DNA of 64,000 bases from a virus. Below, piece by piece: positions 16,973-26,803 of this stretch (positions are counted from its first letter, which is position 1; each line of letters opens with the position of its first letter). Below the pieces are notes generated by a model that saw only the letters and a program-made list of their open reading frames with translations, had not been told where the DNA came from and did not search any database. The DNA is taken from positions 1 to 64,000 of IMG/VR virus record IMGVR_UViG_3300028920_000035; one strand, written 5' to 3'. The translations under genes and the position numbers were made by a program.

Positions 16973-19900
16973 ATGACTGATCGATGGGCCTCTACTGATA
17001 CCGAGGATATCTTCGCGCCTGAACCAGGAGAGGCACAGGCAACTTCTCAGATAGTTACTGCGGCTAAGGACGAAGAGGTCGACGATGAAGAGGCCCTTGG
17101 AGCCTTGTCCAATGCCGAGTACGTGATCTTCCTGCTCGGGTACGACACATTCCTGCGCTATATCGAGGAGTTCACAGACCCCTTGGGGGAGGAGCAGCTG
17201 AAGGAGCCCGAAACCGCCAAGTACATCAAGGCCCTGGAGGGGCTTGCGGCACAAGGGTCCAAGCTCATGCTGCGGGTCGATCGCGAGGTAACTGCCAACT
17301 TCCAGCGGTTCATGGCTGGTCAGCTGGAAACTCGAGCCCACAAGACGATGTTCACCCGGGCCATGCGGTTCCGCGTGACCAGCGTCGAGGGGATTGCCCG
17401 CCGCGCTCAGATGATTCGCGACGTCATGGAGCTGGGCGGCGCCAAAACGCGGACCGCTGTCTTTGGTAAGAGTCGCAAGGCCGCGACTTGGATTCGCAAA
17501 GCCATCAACGCCACGTGGGAAGACGATGCCGACAAGGCGCTCGACGTCTTCGAGGCGTTCAACCTCTCGAACGCGCGGGTCCGGGCCTGGTTTGATGTCG
17601 CTGCCAAGCTGGCGGGTTCGCACGAGGTCCCAGAGAGTGCCATCGCAGCGGGCGTTCTGGAGGCGTCAGGGCGCGCTCAGGAGCTGTTCAAGGCACAGGT
17701 CGAGGAGACCGGAGCTTCAGACTCAGGTGATTCTCGGCAGGGTGGCGAGGCCAAGCAGCTCGTTCTGGATCAGGTCGAGCAGCATGCGGCGACGGCGGCC
17801 AAGAAGGTCATGGATGCCCGCGGGGAGGACGACACGCCCCCTGCCAAGAGTGAGGTCGTAGGTATTGCCACCGCCGTAGCAACCGCGGTTGTGGCGGATC
17901 CTGCCAATCCTGCCAACGTTCCCCAGTCGCTCAAGGATGCGCTTGGTAAGGATGAGGAGCAGCTTGCGGCGGCTATGACGGAGGGCCGTGCCATCATCGC
18001 GGCCGGCGCGGGCGCGGGCAAGAGCCGCACCCTTGTAGCGCGCGTCACGCACCTCATCAAGGACCGCCCCGATGTGTCCCCTGTCAACGTCCTGGTCTGC
18101 TCCTTCAATGCCGAAGCCGCCGAGGAACTTCGAGGTCGTTTGCGGTTGAGCGTTGGGGGCGACGACTACAAGCAGCTGGAGCGCAACATCGGGACGACCC
18201 ATGCGATCTTCGCTCGATGGTTGCGAGATGACCGCCTCAATACGAGGCATCCCGAATTCAAGACAGCCGCCAGTCAAGGCAATATCGCCGACGGCGGCAG
18301 TGTCGCACGAACGGTCAATGACCTGTGGCGCAAGTGCAAGGCTGAGTTTGATGAGAACGGTGTGCTTCGTCCTGGGAAGCCCCCCGCAGAGGCTCCGAAG
18401 CTCAAGACCTATTGGGCGGGCAACGGTATCGACCCCAAGGAGGCCATGCTGACCGCGAGCAACGACGACGAGCGGGAAGCGGCCGAGTGGTATCAGTGGT
18501 ACGAGGGGCTCAAGGGTGCCATTCCCGGGTGGCGGTTCAACTGCCAAGGGCCGGACCACCGCAAGAATGAAGAGGCCCAGACCATCTATCAAGCACATGA
18601 GGATCGGGCCCGCCGCGGGGGCACCCTGCGGTTGAGTGATTTCGATGACCACTTGTTGATGTGCGCCCGGATGCTCGAAGAGAATCCCGACGCGCGCAGG
18701 AAGCTCCAGCGGCAGTTCAAGCATGTGCTTGTGGACGAATGTGTCAGTGGCGAGACCCAGGTGCAGACCCAGGACGGTCCCGTCGCAGTCAAAGATCTCC
18801 AAGAAGGTACTTTGATCCTATGCTTCAACAATGGGTCAGCTGAGTATAAGAAGGTACTTTCTCTCAGGCAAAGTTCAAAGACAGAGGGCATCAGGGTCAT
18901 TTTGGCGAACGGGTTGGAGCTGGCCATGACTCAGTGTCATCGCCTGTACGCAACTCCTTTTCACAGAGACTTGATTCCGGACGGGTACTTAGCTCTCTAC
19001 TTGATGTATCGGAAGGGGTTCGGTTACCGTGTTGGGGTCAGTGCCAACCCATTTTCTAGAGGGGGTCTAGGGAACGGTCGCACGGCCTCTGAGCGCCCTG
19101 ACGCTCTTTGGATTCTGGAGACTGGGCCTTCTGAGGAAATGCTCTTTAAGGAGCAGTCTACGGCTTTGAACTTTGGGGTGCCCACGAGTGTCTACGAGGG
19201 GGTTCCTAGGGATCTCAACCAACGGTACATTGACAGGATCTTTGCTGAGTTCGGGGACAATGGCACGAAAGTTCTGGAGGCCTACGGTTTCTCACCTGAC
19301 TACCCTCATTGGGTGAATGCCGGCCACTTCAGAGGGCGGGTCCATCGACACGCTGTGATGCTGCATGCTCACCGAGGGAGTATGCCTGGCAAGGGTAGGG
19401 GTTGTTCTGCCATACAGATGAGTTGGACAGGAGATGTCCCTGAAGTGCTCGCGGACGGCGTTTGTCAGACGAGAGACGGTCGAACTAACTATTCTTACCG
19501 TTCAAGCTCTTACAGCGACGTGCGCAAGAAAGCGGTTGAGATCGCAAACACCTTGGGGTGTTTTGTGAGAGAGACTCTGTCCGTGCAGGGGGAGTCCTGC
19601 CTCAAGATCACGGCAGCCAACCTGTTCCCAGGCATGAAGCTTCCTGTATGGGAGGGCGGCGTCCGGCGAGATTCCAACACCCTTTTGAGGGGTAAGGCTA
19701 GTCGTGACAAGGTTGCATCCCTTGGTTTTGACGTTCCCTCTCGTGGGAGCCTTAGTGCAGCTGACTATGCTCACTATCAGGAGCAATCAGAGGGGGCTTT
19801 GCTCTCTCTTGATGATACCCGAGTAGTCTTGGAAGAGATTGTGGAAGTCGTAGCCGAACAAGGCTCGTACTATGACATCACGGTCGAGGATGCAGGCAAC

Positions 19901-22900
19901 TTCTTCGGGAATAGGGTCCTGAGCCACAACTGTCAGGACCTCAGTGCCACCCAGCTCAAGGTATTCGATTTGATTACCGAGCATGTGACTACCAGGGGCG
20001 AGAACGGCACGAGCTACTGGATGGTCGGCGACGACAAGCAGTGTGTGGCCGACGACACCTGGATCACCGTCACGCCCCCAGGTGAGCACAGATTGGACGG
20101 CACGGTGAAAGCTGCCAAGGAGTTGGTTCCTGGCGATGGCATCGTGTCATACCGCAACGGCGACGTCGTGGTGCAGAAGGTGCGCCACGTCGAGAAGTCG
20201 AGTTGGACTAAGGGGTTCAAGATCACGACGGCTTCTGGCCGGTCGCTGGTCATGTCGCCCAATCACAAGATCTGGGCACACGCTCCTTCTTTGCGAGAAG
20301 GTCAGGTCGCCGTTTACCTCATGTTCCGCAACGACATGGGATTCCGTGTTGGTATCACCAACAAGTGCCGTGACGATGAGTACCTCAATTCGTTCGGTGG
20401 GCGTGCTTTCATGGAGAAGGCTGAGCGGATGTGGGTGCTCGACGTCTGTGACGACCGTGAGTTTGCTCTGCTCAAGGAGGAGACCTACTCGCTCCAGTAC
20501 GGCATCCCGACGATGGTGTTCGAGGGTGCCAATCGAGGTGTCAACCAGGACCGCATCGTCAAACTGTTCGAGCAGTTTGGCTCGAACGGGGCCCGTCTGC
20601 TGGAGGAGCGGCATCTTCACTTCGACCTCCCACATTGGATGAGCCAGTCGTACACCAAGCACAGTCGCGGACGCCGCACGGTCCACATGAACGCCCACGC
20701 GGGCAAGGGCACACAGGTTTCTTTGGAGTGGGCTGGTGACGACCTCGACAGTAAGGTCAACACCCCCTTCACGGTTAAGGGTGAGCGCCGCCGCTTGCGC
20801 AAGTTCTTCACCAACTACCGTGCGGCCTTGGAGTTCGCAGAGGGTCTCGCGCGGCGCGCGGAGGCCAACCTGTCACGTCGGCTGTCAACTCCTGAAGGGT
20901 CTGTTCGTTTAACGACGGCCTCTGGCATTCACGTCGGCTCTCAGGTGCTAATCTCAGACGACCAGAACGACGTCATGTTGGACGAGGTGGTCGAGGTCGA
21001 GACCGTCCAGGAGGTCAACTTCATCGACATTGACGTCGATGACGCCTCTAATTTCTTCGGCAACGGTATCCTGAGCCACAACAGCATCTACTCTTGGCGA
21101 GGGGCTAAGAGTGAGACCTTCCAGAGTCGCGCTGACGACGAGAACTGGCAGCTGCGGACCATCACGACCAACTACCGTTGCCCGCCGGCCATTGTTGGGT
21201 TTGCCAACGACCTGATTGCCCACAACGGGGCCGACCAGATCCCGTTCGAGGCCAAGCCCAACCCTTGGAAACAGGCCGACGAGGGCAGCCTTCGAGTCGA
21301 AACCCCCGAGACGGAGGCCGATGCCTCGAACCTGGTGGTCGAGACCATCAAGGCTCGTTTAGCCGATGACACGGAGGAAGGCCACCGGCCACCGTACATG
21401 GAGCATGCAGTCCTTTCACGGACCCAGAAGATGCTCGATATCTACGAGACATCGTTGGTCTTCCAGGGGATTCCTTTCGCACGCAAGGGCCCCCGCTCGA
21501 ACTTCGGGACGCCCGAGATGCGCGGCGTCGTGGGTGCCGTCAAGGTAGCTTTCAGCGACGACCCCGCGGACACCGTGAACGGGCTCGTGGACATGCTGAT
21601 CGCGCCCAACAAGTTCGCGCAGGCGGTCAACAAGCCCAGCATCATGCGCAAGAAGGTCGAGGCGGCGATGCGCCGTGCCTACGGACGCGAGTGGAAGACC
21701 GTTATGGCTCGTGATGCCATGCAGGACCGCACCTTCCAGAATGCCCTCGCGCAAGAGATGGGTGGTTCCCGGATTCACCAGCAACGCGTACGGATGGCAG
21801 CCGAGGACTTCGAGACCTTGTTCAACATTCGAGTCGGCGATGACGGGCTGCCCCCGACCATGACCGAGGTCATGACGACGATTCTCGGCTTCCGAGGAGT
21901 TTCCTGGGAGCTGGACCCAGACAAGATGGGTCAGAAGTTCGAGATGCAGGACGTCATCCGTCCGTGGCGCGAGATGCTCAGCGCCAAGCAACAGGACCGG
22001 GGCGACGATGAAGATGAGAGCGAGGGCGAGGGCGAGGGCGAGGGCGAGGAGAAGGAATCTCTGGGACCCATCGACTTCCTGTGGCAGCTGATGACGCCCC
22101 AGCCGGACGTCGATGAAGCCGACGAGCAGGACCCCCCGGACCGCCCGATAGGCTTTCTTCGTAAGGCGTCCAATTTGAACGAACAGGCTCGCAAGCTCGT
22201 GTATGACATTGGCGCCTACAAGCGTGCTGTGCGTGGTTTGGGCGCCTACCGAGACCGCAAGTTCGGCGGACGTACTGTGACCAAGGAAGAGCAGTATGAG
22301 GCCGACCTGGCCAAATGCCCACCCGGCGGGATGCCCACTCCTGAGGAGATCGCGGCGAATCCCGACCTGTTGAAGCGACCCCCCGCGGTCTACCTGGGAA
22401 CGTGTCACTGCTCGCCCCCAGATGAACCAGTGTTAACCACTCAAGGGTATGTTGCCATTGGTGACCTTGACCCTGAACAACATCGGGTTGCTTCATACCT
22501 CGATAGCTGCAACCAGCTGTTTTGGGGAAAGGACCCTGGCCCGGTCGCGAGCGAACGGAAGGGCTATGCTTTCACGAAGACAGAGTGGCCTTTCCAAGGT
22601 AACTTGGTTGTTCTGAAGACTGGCCAAAGCATTACGCGGGTCACCCCTGATCACCGGTTGCGGGTGAAGTTTGCCCCTGAGTTTTTTGATAAGTACGTCG
22701 TATACTTGATGCGCAGAGGCAGCTGGTGGCGCGTTGGAATGACCCAGTCAGGATCTCGCCCTTACAAGGCTACGACCTTGGAGACTCGATTGGCTGCCGA
22801 GAAGGCGGACAACGGTTGGGTCCTAGGAGTGTTCGAGAGCAGAGAAGCCGCTTTGGAACAAGAAGCCATACTTCAAGGCCGGTACGGCATTCTGGGGCTG

Positions 22901-24274
22901 ACCTTTGAAAGCTCGAAGCAGCGCTCTCTGACGACTGACCAGCTGCACCGCATTCACGACTTCGTAAGTGCTGAGGCGGAAGGGCGAGCCCTTAGGTTGC
23001 TATCCGACCACGGTCTTGATCCTGAAGACCCCCTCTACTCAAGGCCGGGGGACGGCCAAAGGTGGTCCGACAAGCGGGAGTCTTTCACGATCAGGGCTCG
23101 CAACTTCTTGAGTGGTTATATGCTGTTGCCGGTGGTAAAACCCTGCTTTGTCGAATGTACTGGGCCACGGGAGGAGTGGGCTAAGCCTCAGTGGTTGCTA
23201 GGGACGACTCAGGCAATCTTTTACGATGGGCCTGTCTACAGTTTGGATGTCGACCCCCACCACTACTATGTCAGCGGAGGTGCGGTTGTCCACAACTCCA
23301 CAAAGGGTGCCGAATGGAGGAACACCTATGTCTTGATGCCCAAGGACAAGTTCCCAGGGCGGATGCGGCTACCAGATGACCTCAAAGCTCGTGAGCTGGT
23401 TCCCGAAGGTAACTTCGACAGGGTCGACGAGGCCGTCAAGCAAGGTTTGCTTGATGAGGATCGAGCCCGGGAACTCAAGGCGGGGAGCATGGTTGACCCC
23501 AGCAGCCCTGTCGAGATGTTCGTCTCGGGGAGTATCAGCTTGTACGTCTTCGAGCGGTGGCGGAACCACATGCGGGACGAACGCCGATTGGGCTATGTGG
23601 CGATCACGCGCGCCCAAGAGCGGGCGATGGTCCTATGCCCCTCCGAGGTCAATGGCCAAGCAGCGGGGGTCAGTCCCTTCGTCACGGAAATGGGGCTGTT
23701 CCCGGGTGAGAACATCGGTCGAAGCCCCGCGGATGATGAGGTTGACGAGGAGATCGCCGCTGAGGTGGGGTCCCCCGAGGGCGCCGTCGAATTGCAAGGC
23801 GATGGCTCTCCCGTCATTCAGCCTCAGCATCCAGAGGTTCAGGTCGCTGAAGTGGCGGCAGACCCCACGAAGACAGACGACACCTGGCTTCTGGACACCG
23901 CTCTGGTGTATACGATCGAGGACGTTCCCACGCTTGAAGATGCGACGGCCGTTGAGAACCTCCAGAAAACCCTCAATGCCATTACCGGACGGGCACGGGA
24001 AGTGGACCCCAATTGGCAATCGGGGTCCAAGGAAGAGCTGCGGTCGGCTGTCGAAGCAACTTCCAACCTGATGGAGGCCGCTCAGGCCGAGGGCAACGAC
24101 AAGTACAATCAGGCTCTCAACAACTTGTTGGGGGTCTTGATGGGTTTGATGTTCAAGGCCAGGGTTAAGACCAAGATGGCCAAAACCAAGAGGGCCAACG
24201 ATGGTATCACCGTTACCGAGGTCATCTCAACTTGGCTCGATGGTGATGAGCCCCTCATGACTTCGGAGAATTGA
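16973..24274 (+). CDS. UvrD/PcrA/Rep-family SF1 helicase precursor with three inteins and long N-/C-terminal extensions
   Basis: 2433 aa. Walker A AGAGAGKS, Ia SFNAEAAEELRGRL, II DE|CQD, III GDDKQ|SIYSWRGA, IV TNYRC, V TCH|STKGAEW, VI DERRLGYVAITRA. Predicted spliced product 1393 aa. Confidence 0.92.
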   Translation: MTDRWASTDTEDIFAPEPGEAQATSQIVTAAKDEEVDDEEALGALSNAEYVIFLLGYDTFLRYIEEFTDPLGEEQLKEPETAKYIKALEGLAAQGSKLMLRVDREVTANFQRFMAGQLETRAHKTMFTRAMRFRVTSVEGIARRAQMIRDVMELGGAKTRTAVFGKSRKAATWIRKAINATWEDDADKALDVFEAFNLSNARVRAWFDVAAKLAGSHEVPESAIAAGVLEASGRAQELFKAQVEETGASDSGDSRQGGEAKQLVLDQVEQHAATAAKKVMDARGEDDTPPAKSEVVGIATAVATAVVADPANPANVPQSLKDALGKDEEQLAAAMTEGRAIIAAGAGAGKSRTLVARVTHLIKDRPDVSPVNVLVCSFNAEAAEELRGRLRLSVGGDDYKQLERNIGTTHAIFARWLRDDRLNTRHPEFKTAASQGNIADGGSVARTVNDLWRKCKAEFDENGVLRPGKPPAEAPKLKTYWAGNGIDPKEAMLTASNDDEREAAEWYQWYEGLKGAIPGWRFNCQGPDHRKNEEAQTIYQAHEDRARRGGTLRLSDFDDHLLMCARMLEENPDARRKLQRQFKHVLVDECVSGETQVQTQDGPVAVKDLQEGTLILCFNNGSAEYKKVLSLRQSSKTEGIRVILANGLELAMTQCHRLYATPFHRDLIPDGYLALYLMYRKGFGYRVGVSANPFSRGGLGNGRTASERPDALWILETGPSEEMLFKEQSTALNFGVPTSVYEGVPRDLNQRYIDRIFAEFGDNGTKVLEAYGFSPDYPHWVNAGHFRGRVHRHAVMLHAHRGSMPGKGRGCSAIQMSWTGDVPEVLADGVCQTRDGRTNYSYRSSSYSDVRKKAVEIANTLGCFVRETLSVQGESCLKITAANLFPGMKLPVWEGGVRRDSNTLLRGKASRDKVASLGFDVPSRGSLSAADYAHYQEQSEGALLSLDDTRVVLEEIVEVVAEQGSYYDITVEDAGNFFGNRVLSHNCQDLSATQLKVFDLITEHVTTRGENGTSYWMVGDDKQCVADDTWITVTPPGEHRLDGTVKAAKELVPGDGIVSYRNGDVVVQKVRHVEKSSWTKGFKITTASGRSLVMSPNHKIWAHAPSLREGQVAVYLMFRNDMGFRVGITNKCRDDEYLNSFGGRAFMEKAERMWVLDVCDDREFALLKEETYSLQYGIPTMVFEGANRGVNQDRIVKLFEQFGSNGARLLEERHLHFDLPHWMSQSYTKHSRGRRTVHMNAHAGKGTQVSLEWAGDDLDSKVNTPFTVKGERRRLRKFFTNYRAALEFAEGLARRAEANLSRRLSTPEGSVRLTTASGIHVGSQVLISDDQNDVMLDEVVEVETVQEVNFIDIDVDDASNFFGNGILSHNSIYSWRGAKSETFQSRADDENWQLRTITTNYRCPPAIVGFANDLIAHNGADQIPFEAKPNPWKQADEGSLRVETPETEADASNLVVETIKARLADDTEEGHRPPYMEHAVLSRTQKMLDIYETSLVFQGIPFARKGPRSNFGTPEMRGVVGAVKVAFSDDPADTVNGLVDMLIAPNKFAQAVNKPSIMRKKVEAAMRRAYGREWKTVMARDAMQDRTFQNALAQEMGGSRIHQQRVRMAAEDFETLFNIRVGDDGLPPTMTEVMTTILGFRGVSWELDPDKMGQKFEMQDVIRPWREMLSAKQQDRGDDEDESEGEGEGEGEEKESLGPIDFLWQLMTPQPDVDEADEQDPPDRPIGFLRKASNLNEQARKLVYDIGAYKRAVRGLGAYRDRKFGGRTVTKEEQYEADLAKCPPGGMPTPEEIAANPDLLKRPPAVYLGTCHCSPPDEPVLTTQGYVAIGDLDPEQHRVASYLDSCNQLFWGKDPGPVASERKGYAFTKTEWPFQGNLVVLKTGQSITRVTPDHRLRVKFAPEFFDKYVVYLMRRGSWWRVGMTQSGSRPYKATTLETRLAAEKADNGWVLGVFESREAALEQEAILQGRYGILGLTFESSKQRSLTTDQLHRIHDFVSAEAEGRALRLLSDHGLDPEDPLYSRPGDGQRWSDKRESFTIRARNFLSGYMLLPVVKPCFVECTGPREEWAKPQWLLGTTQAIFYDGPVYSLDVDPHHYYVSGGAVVHNSTKGAEWRNTYVLMPKDKFPGRMRLPDDLKARELVPEGNFDRVDEAVKQGLLDEDRARELKAGSMVDPSSPVEMFVSGSISLYVFERWRNHMRDERRLGYVAITRAQERAMVLCPSEVNGQAAGVSPFVTEMGLFPGENIGRSPADDEVDEEIAAEVGSPEGAVELQGDGSPVIQPQHPEVQVAEVAADPTKTDDTWLLDTALVYTIEDVPTLEDATAVENLQKTLNAITGRAREVDPNWQSGSKEELRSAVEATSNLMEAAQAEGNDKYNQALNNLLGVLMGLMFKARVKTKMAKTKRANDGITVTEVISTWLDGDEPLMTSEN
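18740..19930 (+). mobile_element. Intein 1 (397 aa) in helicase motif II
   Basis: Starts CVSGETQV, block B TQCHRLY, ends NFFGNRVLSHN followed by +1 Cys; removal restores VLVDECQDL. Confidence 0.92.
20042..21082 (+). mobile_element. Intein 2 (347 aa) in helicase motif III
   Basis: Starts CVADDTWI, block B SPNHKIW, ends NFFGNGILSHN followed by +1 Ser; removal restores GDDKQSIYSWRGA. Confidence 0.92.
22409..23296 (+). mobile_element. Intein 3 (296 aa) in helicase motif V
   Basis: Starts CSPPDEPV, block B TPDHRL, ends YVSGGAVVHN followed by +1 Ser; removal restores TCHSTKGAEW. Confidence 0.9.
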
Positions 24275-24277
24275 CCG

Positions 24278-25141
24278 ATGGCTGAAGGCACCTATGATTC
24301 CGTCACCGTCGAGGAGTTCGACAGGTATGTATCCCGCACCTTCCGCGGGTTCATTCCTGGCGGCCTTCGCAAGCATCGGGGTAAGACCGGCCACCAGTGG
24401 CACTACGACCTTTGGTTCAACACTGAGGGGACGGTAGGGGTTCGGATCCTCAGCAGCATCACCGTCGGTCGTGAATCAGCGCGCGGTGCGGGCGAAGGGC
24501 TCATCAAGCTTGTCCCGTCTCTTTTCCAGCTTAAGAAGGGAGATTTCACCGAGACTTGGGCCTGGAACAAGGTCTACCGCGAGTTCAAGCGGACCAAGAG
24601 TCGCGAAGGCGCCAAGCGGCGGCAGTCGTGGCGCAACAGCTTGCAGGCTCAAGTGCGTAAGGCTCTCGAGGAGTATTATGAAAAGGATCAGTGGTGGGAC
24701 TGGGTCGGCGGAGGCAAGGAAGGTCCGCCTCCTGAGCGCAGAGACGGCCAGCCCTATCAGGAGGTCAAGGTTCAGGAGAAGGATGACCAGGGGGAAGTCC
24801 AGCAGCGCGTCGTCAAGGTCCACAAGGGCACTCCTCATTCCATCGACCGCGCCCCCCGCCGCCCGACAATGCAGTCAGACTCGAACTCCAGCGGGTGGGG
24901 GTCTCGTCTCGAACGAGGTGTCAAGGGGGAGCCCGGTGATGAGGTGATCACGGTTGCTCGTGGCGGCAAGCGCCGCTTCCAACTCCTGGTCGAGAACCTG
25001 GGCACGACTCAGTACGGGGAGGAAGTTTGGACCGTCAGCACGAACCCCAAGCCGAGTAAGCGGGCGAGTGAGCTGTCTGTAGAGCCCCCCGCGGAAGAGC
25101 CTCCTTCGGCTGAGGTCGACCTCGACGCTTGGAAAGTCTGA
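24278..25141 (+). CDS. Hypothetical two-domain protein
   Basis: 287 aa, typical codon usage, 3 nt after the helicase stop. Confidence 0.8.
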   Translation: MAEGTYDSVTVEEFDRYVSRTFRGFIPGGLRKHRGKTGHQWHYDLWFNTEGTVGVRILSSITVGRESARGAGEGLIKLVPSLFQLKKGDFTETWAWNKVYREFKRTKSREGAKRRQSWRNSLQAQVRKALEEYYEKDQWWDWVGGGKEGPPPERRDGQPYQEVKVQEKDDQGEVQQRVVKVHKGTPHSIDRAPRRPTMQSDSNSSGWGSRLERGVKGEPGDEVITVARGGKRRFQLLVENLGTTQYGEEVWTVSTNPKPSKRASELSVEPPAEEPPSAEVDLDAWKV

Positions 25142-25173
25142 ACGATCTGGGATCCCGAATCGTATAGGGATAC

Positions 25174-25323
25174 ATGACTCTACCCTCGAACACCGACATT
25201 GAGACCGAGGCAAATGCAGTTCAATACCGCGGTCCGGAACGCTACTCAGGAACACATTGGCGACCCTCTTATCGTCGTCGGCTGACGATTAAGGCTAAAA
25301 CCTCCAACGAAGCCCGCGTCTGA
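25174..25323 (+). CDS. Possible 49-aa protein (below ORF-track cutoff)
   Basis: AGGGA then ATG; open to TGA 25321-25323 (MTLPSNTDIETEANAVQYRG...); fills the gap. Confidence 0.35.
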   Translation: MTLPSNTDIETEANAVQYRGPERYSGTHWRPSYRRRLTIKAKTSNEARV

Positions 25324-25332
25324 AAAATCCGT

Positions 25333-26166
25333 ATGGGTGAGGAACTCCGGCTAGAAGTTCGCATCGACCATAGCCTGGTCGAAGCTCCAGAAGGTGCCTT
25401 GGTCATGGGAGCCCTTGGTCACGGGAGCCCTGATGCTTACGATGACGTCGAGCGATTCTACACGGATCTCATTCTGGGCAAACCCTTGCCCTTGGTCTTG
25501 GCGGCCAACGCTATCGAGGTCTTGAGCCACGCCATTATGACTGTCTTGTTCCTGCGCCGGGGGCTCGCCTTGCACCCTCGGATGCACCAGTTGGTGGTCT
25601 CGACCGCGCTGGCGGACCGCCACGGGTTGGGGGGTCTGGCACACGTCGAGCGCGACCTCGCCCGTTTCTTGTTGCTCGTGCAGGGTTATATTGTCGACCC
25701 GAAGCTCAGCCGCCAGGAACTGGGTCGGCGGATCTCGACATTGGTCGGGTGGGTGGAGAACTGGGTCGAGAACGACCATCTCCCCCAGCTGCCGGTAGAC
25801 CCCCCGGTGCCGCGTGTGCTCGACCACGGGACCAACGGCTTCGTGCTTGCCGAGACGACTGGTCCACTGGACGCAGGCTGGTTGGAGTTGTTTCGGATGG
25901 GGTATCTTCGGGGTGTGTTGGCGACCATACCCAAAAATGACCGTCGAGGCGTCTTGATGGCGCGCAAGAGCGCGTTTGTGGCGTTCGACCTGGCTCAGGC
26001 AGCCAAGCTCCTGAACGCCGCTGAGAGTCAGCTAGGGGGCACTGAGGGACGGGAGCCCGACGGGGGTAAGGGGGGGTGGGCGGTCCACAGCTTCGTGTTG
26101 ACGGGGCCTATCAAGGGTACGGCGCTGCCTCTGGAGGGTATCCTCCAGGTCGCGGTTCGGGTCTGA
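25333..26166 (+). CDS. Hypothetical protein, possibly a degenerate DHH-phosphoesterase-like fold
   Basis: 277 aa. ALADRHG and C-terminal RKSAFVAFDL...LNAAE...GGW...GP..GT recall phage DHH-like proteins, but no DxD/DHH motif is present. Confidence 0.5.
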   Translation: MGEELRLEVRIDHSLVEAPEGALVMGALGHGSPDAYDDVERFYTDLILGKPLPLVLAANAIEVLSHAIMTVLFLRRGLALHPRMHQLVVSTALADRHGLGGLAHVERDLARFLLLVQGYIVDPKLSRQELGRRISTLVGWVENWVENDHLPQLPVDPPVPRVLDHGTNGFVLAETTGPLDAGWLELFRMGYLRGVLATIPKNDRRGVLMARKSAFVAFDLAQAAKLLNAAESQLGGTEGREPDGGKGGWAVHSFVLTGPIKGTALPLEGILQVAVRV

Positions 26167-26206
26167 GGCCGTTTCAATAGAGTTTTCGTGTCCCTCCTTG
26201 GGTGGC

Positions 26207-26782
26207 ATGAGGTCTCTCGTCACGATCGGCACAGACAATGGCTATGTGAACTGGGTGCGCTACCCAGATGGGTTGAAGCGCAACCTTGGGTCGTGCTCGG
26301 TCCTGAAGCTGGTGGTCGAGACAGCGCGGTCGGTCGAAGCGATGACACACGCCCTCGACGCCTTCCTGAAGGACGGGGAGACGGTGCTCGACGCTGACTT
26401 GGTGCGGTTGGGGGAGTTGGTGGCCACGCCTCGGGCGCGGTGGGCTGCAAATCCACTTATCGACACCGATCAGCGTCTGGAGCACGTCACCATGCTGAAA
26501 CTGGCCTACGACGAATTTCGTGCCAATGCCGACACGGCGGAGGAAGTCCTGAAGCTCGCCCATGAGGTGAGCACCGCGATCGACGAGAAGGTTGCCGCGG
26601 GGAAGTCGTTCAACTCGAAGCAGGCCAAGCTTGATGTCCATGAGGTCGTGACCAGGACGGCCGGCATCCTGCGGGATACTGACATGGTTCAACCTTGGGT
26701 CAGGGGTGATTTGATGGACCTACACAAGCGCGCCACCCACCTGCACGGCCTGTTCTTCCCTGCTTCGAAGCCCCAGAGTTGA
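26207..26782 (+). CDS. Hypothetical protein (helical C-domain after KLA motif)
   Basis: 191 aa from ATG 26207; directly upstream of the tail tube. Confidence 0.75.
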   Translation: MRSLVTIGTDNGYVNWVRYPDGLKRNLGSCSVLKLVVETARSVEAMTHALDAFLKDGETVLDADLVRLGELVATPRARWAANPLIDTDQRLEHVTMLKLAYDEFRANADTAEEVLKLAHEVSTAIDEKVAAGKSFNSKQAKLDVHEVVTRTAGILRDTDMVQPWVRGDLMDLHKRATHLHGLFFPASKPQS

Positions 26783-26803
26783 CCCAGATGGAGATGAAGC
26801 AAG

